Source: Octopus bimaculoides
Taxonomy: Eukaryota
Direction: 5' to 3'
DNA: 53,410 nucleotides
NCBI RefSeq assembly: GCF_001194135.2
Contig: NC_069004.1
Location: 31,012,461-31,065,870, forward strand
Below are positions 25,360-37,921 of this stretch, piece by piece (position 1 is the first letter of the stretch; the number at the start of each line of letters is the position of its first letter). Position numbers and translations under genes: made by a program. The notes below the pieces were generated by a model, which searched no databases, was not told where the DNA came from, and saw nothing but the letters and a program-made list of their open reading frames with translations.

Positions 25360-28300
25360 AACATTCTATATTACATGTATATAAGCAATTTAAGATAAGT
25401 ATATTAGATTGTAAACATATACAAACTAGATTTGTATATATATGTGCAAAATATATAAAACGTGACCAGACTCTTGCCAAAAGATATTATTAATCTCCAC
25501 CATGGTATTGAGTACTCTTTTTCCGAGAGTCATCATTAAACGTATGCATGAATGTGTGTGTGTGTGTGTGTGTAAATTTGAAATAAGCACCTTAGCTGTA
25601 CACATACAAATTTGCATCGGCGAGTCAAAACGAAAGATTGACTTTGCATCTACACGAAATATATAAATCAAACATGCCACAGACATAACACAAGCATGTG
25701 TGTGTTACTTAGAGTAAACACATAAGATGTAAACATATGCAAACTAGATTTGTATATACACACAAAGATATAAACCTAACATGCAATATATATATATATT
25801 GCATGCATATATATAAACGTACAGTTTTACAATTTATAGCAACATACATAGGGAATATACAAAAATTCGTGATTCCCAGTTGATAGACATCTAAAACTCG
25901 CGCACTTTAACAGGAGAGAGAGTGAGAAAGAAATAGTGAATGAAAGGAGACAGACAGATAGAAATATGTCGAGAAGTAGAGCAATAGAGATATGTTTAGA
26001 GAGAGAGAGAGAGAGAGAAATAGATTGAGGAATACAGAGAGAAGAGATAGACAGAGAGAAATACAAAAGTGTGAAGAGAGAGTAATGCAGTTACTGAATA
26101 AAGCAATCGGGTAAAAGCTTATATATATATATATATATACACATACACACGTTAAGTATTTAATATTGAGTTTACCTGAATGTGCAATGCAATGAGGACG
26201 AGAGAAAAAACAAACTGAAGCCCGCCAAAGTAAATTGGTGCAGTAATAAAAGAAGAAAAAACACAAGAGAAAAAAGCTGCAAACCCACCTTATATTGTTA
26301 TGATGTGTAGAGGTCTAAGTGCTATGCCTCTCTCTCTCTCCCTCTCTGTTCCTCACGTGGGTTAGTGCGATTATGACGTCAGCTGACCTTCATTACTCTG
26401 TTAGTCTCCCGACAGAAGTAGCATGTCACCCTACACTTAAAGATAATACCAGATTTTTAACTGCTGTTATTGATTATTATTAACATTACTACAACTACTG
26501 TTACTTCCGCTGTTTTAGTTATGTATATATATACTTCATATATAAAATAAATATGAATACATACATAATATACACATGTATAAATATTTGCGCTTGTGTA
26601 TTGACACGTAAGTAAATGAGTGTGTATGTATGTATTTATTTATTCATTTATTTACCAGTATGTATATAAACATTTGATATTGTTGGCTCGTAATTCAGGC
26701 ACACGAACAGCAATTTATTTTCGAAACGGGAAGGGGTTAGTCGATAGCACTAAACTTGGCAGTACTTCACTCGTACTTTGTTTCAGAGATGCCCAAAAGA
26801 TGTTATGAAATGCAAAGTTGACCTCGGCGGAATTTGAACTCAGATCTATAAACAGTCGTAAGAAATACGGCAAGGCTTTTTTTTTTGTCTGATTCTCTAA
26901 CGATTCTGCTACCTCTAGTTTAGGCACAAGGCCAACATCTTTGAGAGAAATTGGTTGTCGAAACTATCGACCCGGAAAAGATGGATGAAAGGTAAAGTTG
27001 GCCGCGATGGAATTTTGACTCGGAACATAAAAAGACCGGACGCATACTGCTGAGCATTTTTTTTAAAGACATTCTAACTTTTCTGCCAATCCATCACCCC
27101 TTGACACAAACATTTGATAATAAATGCCTCCTCGGTCATCATTCCAAATCATTTTCCTTTCTGTAACCTTAATCAAAATCTAATGCAATGCCAGTCTAGG
27201 ATGTTTTATAGAAATATTTAATCGATAGGCTGCTTCACAGGGACTTAATTTTCATCTGGTTACCTTCTGATAGCTATAGGGTATGTTACTATCATCATCT
27301 TTTTAACGTCCCTTTTTCCATGCTTGCTTGGGTTAGACCTGTGATCTCTAACCCTTTTTTATACCACAGACCAGTTTCATGCCGGACAATCTTTCCGCGG
27401 ACCATAGTGGCACAAATCTGTAATTTAAGCACATTTCAATAAAGAGAGCAATTTATTAAAGGGAAGAAAAAGTTTATTCTCTTTTGATTTTCATGTCTGC
27501 ACTCCAGCCTGGCCATACACTTACATGCTTAGTGTCCCTGAATCAATACTTATTACACTATTATCGCATCATACCAGAATCAGTAGGAGCCTTGAGCTCG
27601 TTTCCCTGCAACTAGACATCCCATCTGGGAGTGATGGGAGACAATGACACTTGAAGCATGTTCCTTATGTCTAGTCTACTTCGTGATCTTGTCTTGGTTA
27701 TTGTCACTGCAGAAAACTCCACTTATTTCTTTGCGGCCCAATAACAAACAATCCATGGACCAGTACCGGTCCCCAGCCTGGTGTTTGGGAACCTCTGTAT
27801 TGAAAGGGAGAAGAAAAAGAATTCATGAATTCTACAAATATAAATATTTCAGGAGGCACCAGGGAAGTCTTTCCTTTTAGATGTGGCTGTGTGATAAGAA
27901 CTCTGCTTCCCAACCACTTGGTTCCAGGTTCAGTCCTACCGTATGGCACCTTGGGAAGGTGTATTTTGCTATAGCCTTGAACCAACCAAAGACTTGAGTG
28001 GATTTGGTTGATGGAAACTGAAAGAAGCCTTAGTTATGTATATATATGTGTGTGTGTGTGTTTGACTCCTCCACTACTTGACAACCAGTGTTGGTTTGTT
28101 TGTGTCCTTGTGACTTAAAGGTTTGGCAAAAGAGACCCATAGAATATGTAGCAGATTTTTAAAAAACGAATAAAAGCATCCTGAGGTTGAATTGTTCAAC
28201 TGAACCCTTCAAGATGGTGCCCCAGCAGGGCCGCAGTTCACTGTCTGAAACAAGTAAAAGATCCATATAGTTCCGGGTTCAGTCCCACTGCGTGGCACCA

Positions 28301-28827
28301 TGGGCAAGTGTGTTTTACTATAGCCGTGGGTCAACCAAAGCCTTGTCAGTAGATTTGTTAGATGGAAACTGCAAGAATCCCATCATATATATATTTCTGT
28401 ATCTATATGTGTGTGTGTCTATCTTTGTGCTGAAGTTTGTCCTGCCATCATCGCTTGACAGCTGATGTTGGTGTGCTTATGTTCCTGTAACTTAGCAGTT
28501 TGGCAAAAGAGACTGATAGAATAAAGTACAAGGCTTACAAAGGATAAGTCCTGGGGAGTCGATTTCTTCAACTAAAATCCTTCGAGGCAGTGCTCCAGCA
28601 TGGCCGCAGTCAAATGACTGAAACAAGTAAAAGAGTAAATAAAGAATNNNNNNNNNNNNNNNNNNNNNNNNNNNNNNNNNNNNNNNNNNNNNNNNNNNNN
28701 NNNNNNNNNNNNNNNNNNNNNNNNNNNNNNNNNNNNNNNNNNNNNNNNNNNNNNNNNNNNNNNNNNNNNNNNNNNNNNNNNNNNNNNNNNNNNNNNNNNN
28801 NNNNNNNNNNNNNAGAAGCCCATCGTA

Positions 28828-28872
<45 letters not shown>

Positions 28873-30544
28873 GTATGTGTGTGTATATGTTTGTGTCTGT
28901 GTTTGTCCCCCCAACATCGCTTGACAACCGATGCTGGTGTGTTTACGTCCCCATAACTTAGCGGTTCGGCAAAAAGAGACCGATAGAATAAATACTAGGC
29001 TTACAAAGAATAAGTCCCAGGGTCGATTTGCTCGACTAAAAAGGCAGTGCTCCAGCATGGCCGCAGTCAAATGACTGAAACAAGTAAAAGAGTAAATAAA
29101 GAATGAAGTACGTCACATAAAAAGTTACAGAAATAAAAATGGAGAAGAGAGGCCGATTCTCCAAGTTTCTGTTGAACAAATAATCTCAGCTATGCCCTGC
29201 AGATAAGACGGCAGAAGTGCTACTACAAATAACATCCAGAAATATCCACTTTATCAGACGCTCCACTTTACAGGGCTTCTTTGTGCAGCATTTCCCTGTC
29301 ATTCTCTCCTCCTCCTCCGTCTCCCCTTGGCATTTTTTTTATTTTTTCAAATAATCTCCTAACATTCCTTTTATTTTCTCCTTGCTCTGTAGAATTTCCT
29401 ACTTCTACTCCTCCCTCCATTAACACTGGTTACCATTTCTTCCTCTTCCTCCTCTTCCTCTTCTTTTATTTTTATTTTTCTCTCTGGCACTAATCCGGAT
29501 GCATTTTATCATTCATGTTGAGAAATGACATTTCTTTTCTTTCTACAATAAAAAAAGTTTCCTCAGAAAATGTTAATATCCCTTTCTTTAGCATATTTCT
29601 GTTGAAATACTCTGCCTTTGTTTCAAACCATTTTGAAAATCGTGAAGAATTTACTAAAATAGCTTTGCCATTATTAAGCTGGTGTTTGGAACACAAATTC
29701 ACTTAAAATTTTGAAGGAAAGTTTTAATTTAGAACACTTTAACCTCTTTGATATTATATTTCTGTTGAAATACATTGATTTTGTTTCAAATATTTCTTTG
29801 AAATTAGTGAAGAATTTAGTGAAATAACTTTGGTATAATTAAAATGTTGTTTGGAACATAAACTAACATAGACTTTCAATGGAAAGTTTAAATTCAGAAA
29901 ACTTCAAACAGGAAGATTGTATCATAGAACCAAGAATGATCTTGGGTATACTAGCATTAAAAGAGGTTCGAATTCTCTTCTCCCTTCCATTCTTCTTTGC
30001 AGACAAGAATATCATCTCTCTATTTCCTTCCTACCTCTCTCTCTCTCTCTCTCTCTACTATTCCTCATGCTTGGTGCCTGTTACCTTACAAAAATGGACA
30101 CACCATAGATTGGTGAGGACTCGTTGGTCTTATAGGGCAGAAGGCAGCCTAACTAGTGCTGGTGCCATCATAAGTGACACTTGGGGCATTCTCTAAAGCA
30201 GTTGGTAGTGGACCAGAGAGGCAACGTAGGGTCCATAGAACCTTCCAGTGTTGCTACGATCATAAAAGGTACCGTGTACATTCTATAAGGGTGTTGGTGG
30301 TAGGAAAGGCATCTGGTTTGTAGAAACCAAACCCAAAATTGAAATGTCCAATCAAAACATGGTCCTGCAACCTGTTAATGAAGGTAGTAACACTGCAGTA
30401 GAATTAACTTGGGTTATAATGACCCATCCAACCCATGCCAGCATTTAGAACGGACATAAACTGATGCTGAGGAGGAGGAGCAGGAGGATAATGATGACAA
30501 TGAAGATGATAACAACACCAGTGACAATGATGACGACGAGATGA

Positions 30545-31185
30545 TTATTCTTATTATTGAGTGAGAGAACAGAACCTTCCAGTGTTGCTACGATCATCAA
30601 AGTGACACTGGGCTAAGATATATGAAGCTCAGTATACCCACCGTGACTACCCGTCTGATAAGGGTACACCAAGTGCATGCATCACAACCATATGTGTGCG
30701 ACATGGTGAGCTCATATCAAGATAAACAGTGCATGACCTTACAGGTGGGGCCCAGTTAGAATTTTCTTCTGGTTGAGTAGTCCATATTATTATTATTATT
30801 ATCATGTGAGAGAGCAATGCATGCCATCAAAGTGGCACTGGGGTAAAATATACGAAGTCCATTATACCCATCATGACTACCCGTCTGATAAGGGTACACC
30901 AGGCACATGCATCACAACCTTATGTGCGCGACATGGTGATCTCATATCAAGATAAACAGCGCATGACCTCGCAGGTGGGGCCCAGTTAGAATTTTCTTCC
31001 GGTCGAGTAGCCCATCCCACTCAAAAGGTCCTTGAATAAGGTTTGTTTAAGGATGTTGAACAAAACATCCATGTTTCCAAAGAATTCCTCTCAACACATG
31101 ACTATGATGCTCCCCCACTATTTCTGCTCATGATCAGAGATGCACATATCATCAGCCACCAAGGGACATGCTCAACTAGTTAATT
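30545..31185 (-). mobile_element. Two stacked copies of a probable LINE 3'-UTR repeat with (AAT)n tails
   Basis: About 155-bp near-identical blocks at 30632-30785 and 30864-31017, each preceded by (TTA)n. Confidence 0.6.
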
Positions 31186-32168
31186 ATTATTATTATTATT
31201 ATTATCGTTGTCATTATTAAGTGGCAAGCTGGCAGAATCGTTAGTGTGTTGGGCAAAATGCTTAGCGGTATTTCGCTCGTCTTTACGTCCTAAGTTCTGT
31301 TGGGGTTGACTTTGCCTTTCATCCTTTCAGGATCGATAAATCAACACTGGGGTCAATGTAGTCAACTAGTAATCGACTAGTCCCTTCAACTAATCCCCTC
31401 AACCCAAATTTAAGGGCCTAGTGTCTTTAATAGAAAGGATTATTATTATCATTATTACATAGAAAAAAGTCAAGAGGTAGCTGGAAGATTTTTTTCATCA
31501 TAGTTCTGCTTGATCAGGACTGATCTATGGCTGAGCAGCAGCAACAACAGCAACAACAGCAACAACAATACCTTCCTGTTTCTGCAAATAATTATATACC
31601 CTGTCACTACCACTTGACTTACATGGACAGGATGTCATCGTGTTCATCTCTCCTGCTCTCCTCTTTCAGACACTCACTAAAATAATACAAAAAAAAATTA
31701 TTATAATAATAATAATAAACAATGAACTATAGATGCTTAATTAAAAATATAGATCGGTTAATCAGGACTGTTTACACTTTGTTTATTGAAAATCAATTAA
31801 GCAAAATAATATCAGTCATTTTATGCTTTTGGTTTTTGTTGTTTGTGTGTTCCCTTTATTTATTTATTTTTGAGAAATGAAAAGGCCTTATAATAATTCT
31901 GCTTGTCACTTCGTTACTTAGCCCATCCATAACACTCCTACGACATTAGCTGAAGGAGGGGAGGGAGAAGGAGAGAAAGTGGTGTGTTAAATGTGTAATT
32001 TTTATTGTTAACTAATTTTTTTTCCTCCATTACTTAGCCCGTTTGTAATGCTTTCACATGATTAGTTGAAGGGAAAGACAAAACGTGAAAGAAAAAGGGG
32101 AGAGAAAAAGAGGGTAAGGCAAAGAGAGAGAATGCTGTGTATTAAGTCTATAAATTCGTGCATAAAGT

Positions 32169-32351
32169 ATCATCATCGTTTAACGTCCGCTTTCCATGCT
32201 AGCATGGGTTGGACGATTTGACTGAGGACTGGTGAACCAGATGGCTACACCAGGCTCCAATCTGATTTGGCAGAGTTTCTACAGCTGGATGCCCTTCCTA
32301 ACGCCAACCACTCCGAGAGTGTAGTGGGTGCTTTTACGTGCCACCAGCACG
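32169..32351 (-). mobile_element. Family C retroposon ((GAT)n-tailed SINE or LINE tail), representative
   Basis: GGAAGGGCATCCAGCTGTAGAAAC..CCAACCCATGCTAGCATGGAAAGCGGACGTTAAACGATGATGAT; more than 20 copies (e.g. 1-185, 5355-5480, 35371-35646, 40490-40840). Confidence 0.85.
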
Positions 32352-33953
32352 AAAAGTGCATTAAGTAATCATCATATTCCAATTTCCTTCACTTTTCAAG
32401 AATTCGCTTTTGATACAGACACAACACAGGTTACGCTTTCAGGTTTTTGGGATAAAGTTTTCAGAAATAAACCAATAAGTTTACCATTAATTCCATGAAA
32501 TATTTACGGGTCCCGCTAGTAAAGAATATTCTTAAATAATGGTTTCAAATTTTGGCACAAGGCCAGGAATTTTGGGTGAGGATGTAAGTTAACTACATCA
32601 ACCCCCAGGGCTCAAATGGTATTTATTTTATCGATTCCGCACTGGATTCAATATAACTGACTAGCCTCTCCCAAAAAATTTCAGGCCTTGTGCCAATAAT
32701 AGAAAGGATTATTATTATTATTATCATTATTATTATTAGTTGAGGGTGGAGAGGGAAGTGTTGCCTTGTAGCAAGTTTGTTGAAAAGGTGAGTGAATGTT
32801 AGAAGAATGGCCAGTGTGAAAGGACCTGTGAGAAATAAAAGGAGAAGGGCTCTTGCCCTGTTGATCAGGCTTTTGTGGGTTATTCCATGAGGACCTTAAA
32901 GTACCTCCCCCTATTGGGAGTTTTAATTTGTTATTGTTTACATGTGGTAAATCCCATTGTATTGTCCTGCTTTTTGTCTTGCACAGTGGGACTGAACCCA
33001 GAACCATGTAGTTGGGAACCAAGCTACTTACCACACAAAACAGCAGAAGCATTGGATATTTTACCCTTATAAGGCGGCAAAATACCCAATCTTTCTGTTG
33101 TTTTCATGGCCATACTGTGTTTGGAATTTTATTTTCTTGTCTGTAAAATACGAAGCACATTTGACGCTTCCAAAAGTTTGTTTACAAAACACACACACAC
33201 CCCCACATATATATATATATTTAAATATATACTCTTACAATTAGAGGAGTGCAGCTCTAATTTTTCACATTTACATATCTACTTATAAGGATAGAAGGGG
33301 GGGGAGGAAGTGATTAGCACTTCTTTGAGGTCTCACACCAAAAACTTCAGTCAACAAGGATTTTCACATGCTAATGACAAAAGCTTGCAGAAAACACTCA
33401 AACACAAACAACAAAACAAAATAAAAATCTTGTTATTAACCTCTTTTGCAGCCCTTCCTTAAAAAACAAACAAAAAAAAACAAATCTCCCCCTCCCCCCA
33501 CCTTACATCTATCTCTCTTTTGTCACATTCAATATAAAACTTTTAACTTGTTAATATGCTCACTCATCACAGAAAATTTGGAGTACTTGTTCCTGGAATT
33601 TCTCGGAATTTGTTGGAAGTCCATACCTAGATTATGCTTTGTTGTCCCCCCCCCCTCCCCAGTTTAACCCTTTCATTACCAACCTGGCTGAAACCGCCTC
33701 TGGCTCTGTAGTACAAATGTCTTGTTTTCATGAGTTTTGAATTAAAATCTTCCACCAATCTTTAGTCAAAATTTATGTTCCTAACACTAACTTAATGATA
33801 ACCAAATTATTTTTTCTAAATTCTTTGTTATATTTAAAGTAATTGAAAGAAACACAGAGCATCTCAAAATAAATACAGTAACGNNNNNNNNNNATTTGTT
33901 GGAAGTCCATACCTAGATTATGCTTTGTTGTCCCCCCCCCCTCCCCAGTTTAA

Positions 33954-34174
33954 CCCTTTCATTACCAACCTGGCTGAAACCGCCTCTGGCTCTGTAGTAC
34001 AAATGTCTTGTTTTCATGAGTTTTGAATTAAAATCTTCCACCAAACCTTAATCACAATTTATGTTCCTAACACTAGCTTAATGATAACTAAGTTGTTTTA
34101 CTAAATTCTTTGTTATATTTAAAGTAATTGAAAGAAACACAGAGCATCTCAAAATAAATACAGTAACGAAAGGG
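33954..34174. mobile_element. piggyBac-type MITE, same family as 45405, opposite orientation
   Basis: TTAA at 33950-33953 and 34175-34178; CCCTTTC..GAAAGGG ends. Confidence 0.9.
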
Positions 34175-34483
34175 TTAACTCTTTAGCATTCAAACCGGTT
34201 CTATCTGGCCAAAATATTTAACCAGTTTTATATTGAAACTGACCAGATCTGGCCTCTCACCTCAACCTTACCATGTCATTCTAGAATGAAACAATCACAT
34301 CATCGAAATCTCTTAACTACATGATGCATGATTAATTTAAAACAACAGTTAAAGGTCGTCTTTCACAAATAAAGTCATCTTTGTATGTGGCAGATGTGCA
34401 GGAACAATAAACACTAAGAGCACAGGGGACTCAGATTCTCTTGAATGCCCAGGAGTCTCTCTTGAGGTTGTAGATAGTTTCTG

Positions 34484-34800
34484 TTACCTGGCCGGAGAGA
34501 GAGATGGGGATCAGGAATGAGGACAGAAACAGGTGTACTGCTGCAAAGGAGATACATGGTTGCCCAACCATGTATATGTCCGTCTTCCTTCACTCAACTA
34601 TCCCATTTATATTCTGATCCTCAACCCTTGTGAGCATGCCCGACACTTTGCCACCAGCTCTATCCTGCTTTCTCCCAATCTCTCTCTCTCTCTCTCCTTC
34701 TCCTGCACTTCCCTCAGGTTGGGTAACCAATTATCTCCTTTGCAGCAGTACACTTGTTTCTGTCCTCATTCCTAATCCCTCTCTCTCTCCGGCTAGGTAA
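34484..34800. repeat. Inverted repeat, 86/84-bp arms with a 147-bp spacer
   Basis: 34484-34569 vs reverse complement of 34717-34800: 6 substitutions and one 2-nt indel. Confidence 0.9.
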
Positions 34801-35231
34801 ACTTGTACTTCCTCTACAGCAACACACCTGTTTCTGTCTCACTGTAACCTTTCATCATCTGACACAAGATCACCCCTTCCAATGCCCCTTCTCTTCTGAA
34901 AAGACTTTTGTCTTGTAGGTTACTTGGTGACCCTGTCAGTGCAGGTGCCACTTAAAAAGCATCCAGTCCCCACTGTAAGGCGGTTGGCATTTGGAACAGC
35001 ATCCAATTGTAAAAACCTTGCCTGTGCTTGTGCCTCACAAAAAGCACTAAGTCCACTCTGCTGAGTGGTTGGTGTTAGGAAGGGCGTCCAGCTGTAAAAA
35101 TCCTGCCAAAACAGTTACAGAAGTCTGGTGCAGGCTCCTGCCTGGCTGGCTCCTATCAAACTGTCCCACCAATGCCAGCATGGAAGGTGGACAATAAACG
35201 ATGATGATTATGAATATAAATAAATAGTAAG

Positions 35232-35865
35232 GAGTAGGAGTGGCTGTGTGGTAAGTAGCTTGCTTATGAACCACATGGTGGCACCTTGGGCAAATGTCTT
35301 CTACTATGGCCTCGGGCCGACCAAAGCCTTGTGAGTGGATTTGGTAGACGGAAACTGAAAGAAGCTCGTCGTAGTGCCCCTGGACTGGTTCTTGTGTGGG
35401 TGGCACATAAAATACACCATTTTGAGCGTGGCCGTTGCCAGTACCGCCTGACTGGCCTTCGTGCGGGTGACACGTTAAAATACCCACTACACTCTCTGAG
35501 TGGTTGGCGTTGGGAAGGGCATCCAGCTGTAGAAACTCTGCCAAATCAGATTGGAGCCTGGTGTAGCCATCCGGTTTCACCAGTCCTCAGTCAAATTGTC
35601 CAACCCATGCTAGCATGGAAAGCGGACGTTAAACGATGATGATGATGTATGTGTATATGTTTGTGTGTCTGTGTTTGTGCCCAGACATCACATAAAAAAC
35701 CGATGATGGTGTGTTTACGTCCCCCGTAACTTAGCGGTTCGGCAAAAGAGGCCTATAGAATAAGTACTAGGCTTACAATGAATAAGTCCTGAGGTCGATT
35801 TGCTCGACTAAAGGTGGTGCTCCAGCATGGCCACAGTCAAATGACTGAAACAAGTAAAAGAGAGA
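35232..35865 (+). mobile_element. SINE A interrupted by a nested family C copy (about 35371-35646)
   Basis: The A 5' half ends at GAAAGAAGCTCGTCGT and the A 3' half resumes after the (GAT)n tail. Confidence 0.75.
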
Positions 35866-36118
35866 GTAATTTTTGTTGTTACTTTTGTGTGGCTGTTCCA
35901 TGCAGAACATTCTTACTACAATTTAACCCCAGGAAAATACCCTTTCCAGCTGGTTAACAACACACAACCTGTGTCTGTTGTATTGCAAGTAAGGGAGTGA
36001 ACCATGGAGGGGAGTGGTTCGCTCCCTTACTCGCAATATAACAGACACAGCTGGGTTTAAATTGTACTAACATTGTTCTGCATGGAAGAGCCATGCAAAA
36101 GTGACAACAAACATTGCT
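35865..36118. repeat. Foldback inverted repeat (68-bp outer arms and 36-bp inner arms)
   Basis: Outer arms 35865-35932 / 36051-36118 (58/68); inner arms 35969-36004 / 36015-36050 (33/36); 10-nt loop. Confidence 0.92.
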
Positions 36119-37723
36119 GTTTAGAATTGTTACTACTTGAAACACTTTCAGAGATTTTAAAACCAGCTACTTTAGCTAATCTAAAGAAATAAAGATCACA
36201 TTTGACAGAATAATCAGAACACTAAACGGTAAACTTTGGTGACTTGATTCATTATCATTTAACAATCTGTGTTCCATGCTGGTATGGGTCAGAAGGTTTG
36301 ACGGGCCCCAAGGACTACACTGCTCCAGTGTCTGCTTTGGCATGGTTTCAATAACCGGATGCCCATACCAATGTCAGGTTACTTTACAATAGCAGTTCTC
36401 ATCTGCACTTCCCAGAAATGCAAGCAGCCCTCAACGGTCTTCCCCTCTAATAAATATTTTTCTTTGACTTACGTTTTAGTTTTTTTTTTTTTTGTATCCC
36501 ACCCCCCCNNNNNNNNNNTCCCTAAAAATTCGAGTTTTGGGATCTGACTCAGATATTAGTTTCAAAATTTTGACAAAAGGCCACCAATTTCAGGAAGTGG
36601 GTAAAGTCAATTACATCAACCCCAGTGTTCAACTGGTACTTATTTTATCGACCCTGAAAGGATGAAAGGCAAGGTCAACTTCAATGGAGTTTGAACTCAG
36701 AACGTGACAATGGATGAAATGTCGCTAAGCATCTGGCCCAGATATTAAGAACCATGTAGCGGGTGCTTTTTTTCATGCCACCATGTAGGTTTTTTGCAGG
36801 ACAACCCCAAGTGGAGCAATTTTGTGTTAGGAGTTGAAGAATAGAAACGATTAAATTATGAAAGAAAAAAGGCCAGAGAAGAACAGGTTTCTTCTTAGAG
36901 GAGTTCTGCGATTACTCATTTTAGAAGGGAAGGTGGGAGCAATCAGTTGGGTTGGGAATTGTTCTTGGTTTTTTAGCACTTATTGCAACCAGTATCTTAA
37001 CACTTTAGAAACCAACTCGTCCAAAGCTGCCACTGGTTCAATGATACAAAATCCTGTTTTAAAGTGATCTAAATTAAAACCTTCCACGGAAACTTCAAGT
37101 GAGTCATTGTGATAGCAGTGACGTTTCATCGCTACCATGACAACCAACTTTATTTCTTCTCTAAACATCAGTCTGAATGCTGAGTCAACGGGGAGGAGTT
37201 CCAGCTTGATGAAATCTCCGACTGGTTTAAATACACAAGTCTCCGATATCCAAGTGGCTAAAAAAAAATATCAGCAGAAGGGCAGCCAGGAACCATGACC
37301 TGGGTCCTTTAGAGTGTAAAAAGTTAAGCGCTGAAATACTTACCTGAGGTGGGTTGCTTCTCTGGAAACCTTTTCCTGTTCACCTTTCCAGGGAGTTTTT
37401 TTTATTACTGTTAGAAACACCAACGTCATCATTATCCTTTAACGTCCGCTTTCCATGCTGGCATGGGTTTGACTGAGGACTGGTGAACTAGAGGCTGCAC
37501 CAGGCTCAATCTGGTTTGGCAGTTTCTACAGCTGGATGTCATTCCTAACGCCAACCACTCCGAGAGTGTAGTAGTTTTAATGTCCAGTTTTCCATGCTTG
37601 CATGGGTCAGATGGAGTTTATAAAAGCAGATTTTTCTTAGTTGGATGCCCTTCCTGTTACCAACCCTCACATTTTATATATATATATATATTTATATACA
37701 CACACACATATATATACATACAT

Positions 37724-37921
37724 TATTTAATGAACACAATGTTTTTGTGCTACTATTAGTTTCATGTGCTGAGAACATACTAGTGTTTATTAACACGTCT
37801 GGTGTCCTGGCACAATCATCAGATGACTGTGCTAGGATACCAAACGTGTTAATAAACACTGTCTGGCATGTTCTCAGCACATGAAGCTAATAGTAACACA
37901 TAAAAATGTGTTTATTAAATA
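37724..37921. repeat. About 198-bp near-perfect palindrome centred on 37821
   Basis: Arms about 97 and 100 nt with a 1-nt spacer; inner 39 bp match 35/39. Confidence 0.92.

Noticed and set aside
33608-34165. About 275-bp direct duplication (flank plus MITE)
   Set aside because: The copies straddle a 10-N gap with identical flanks; most likely a contig overlap or misassembly.
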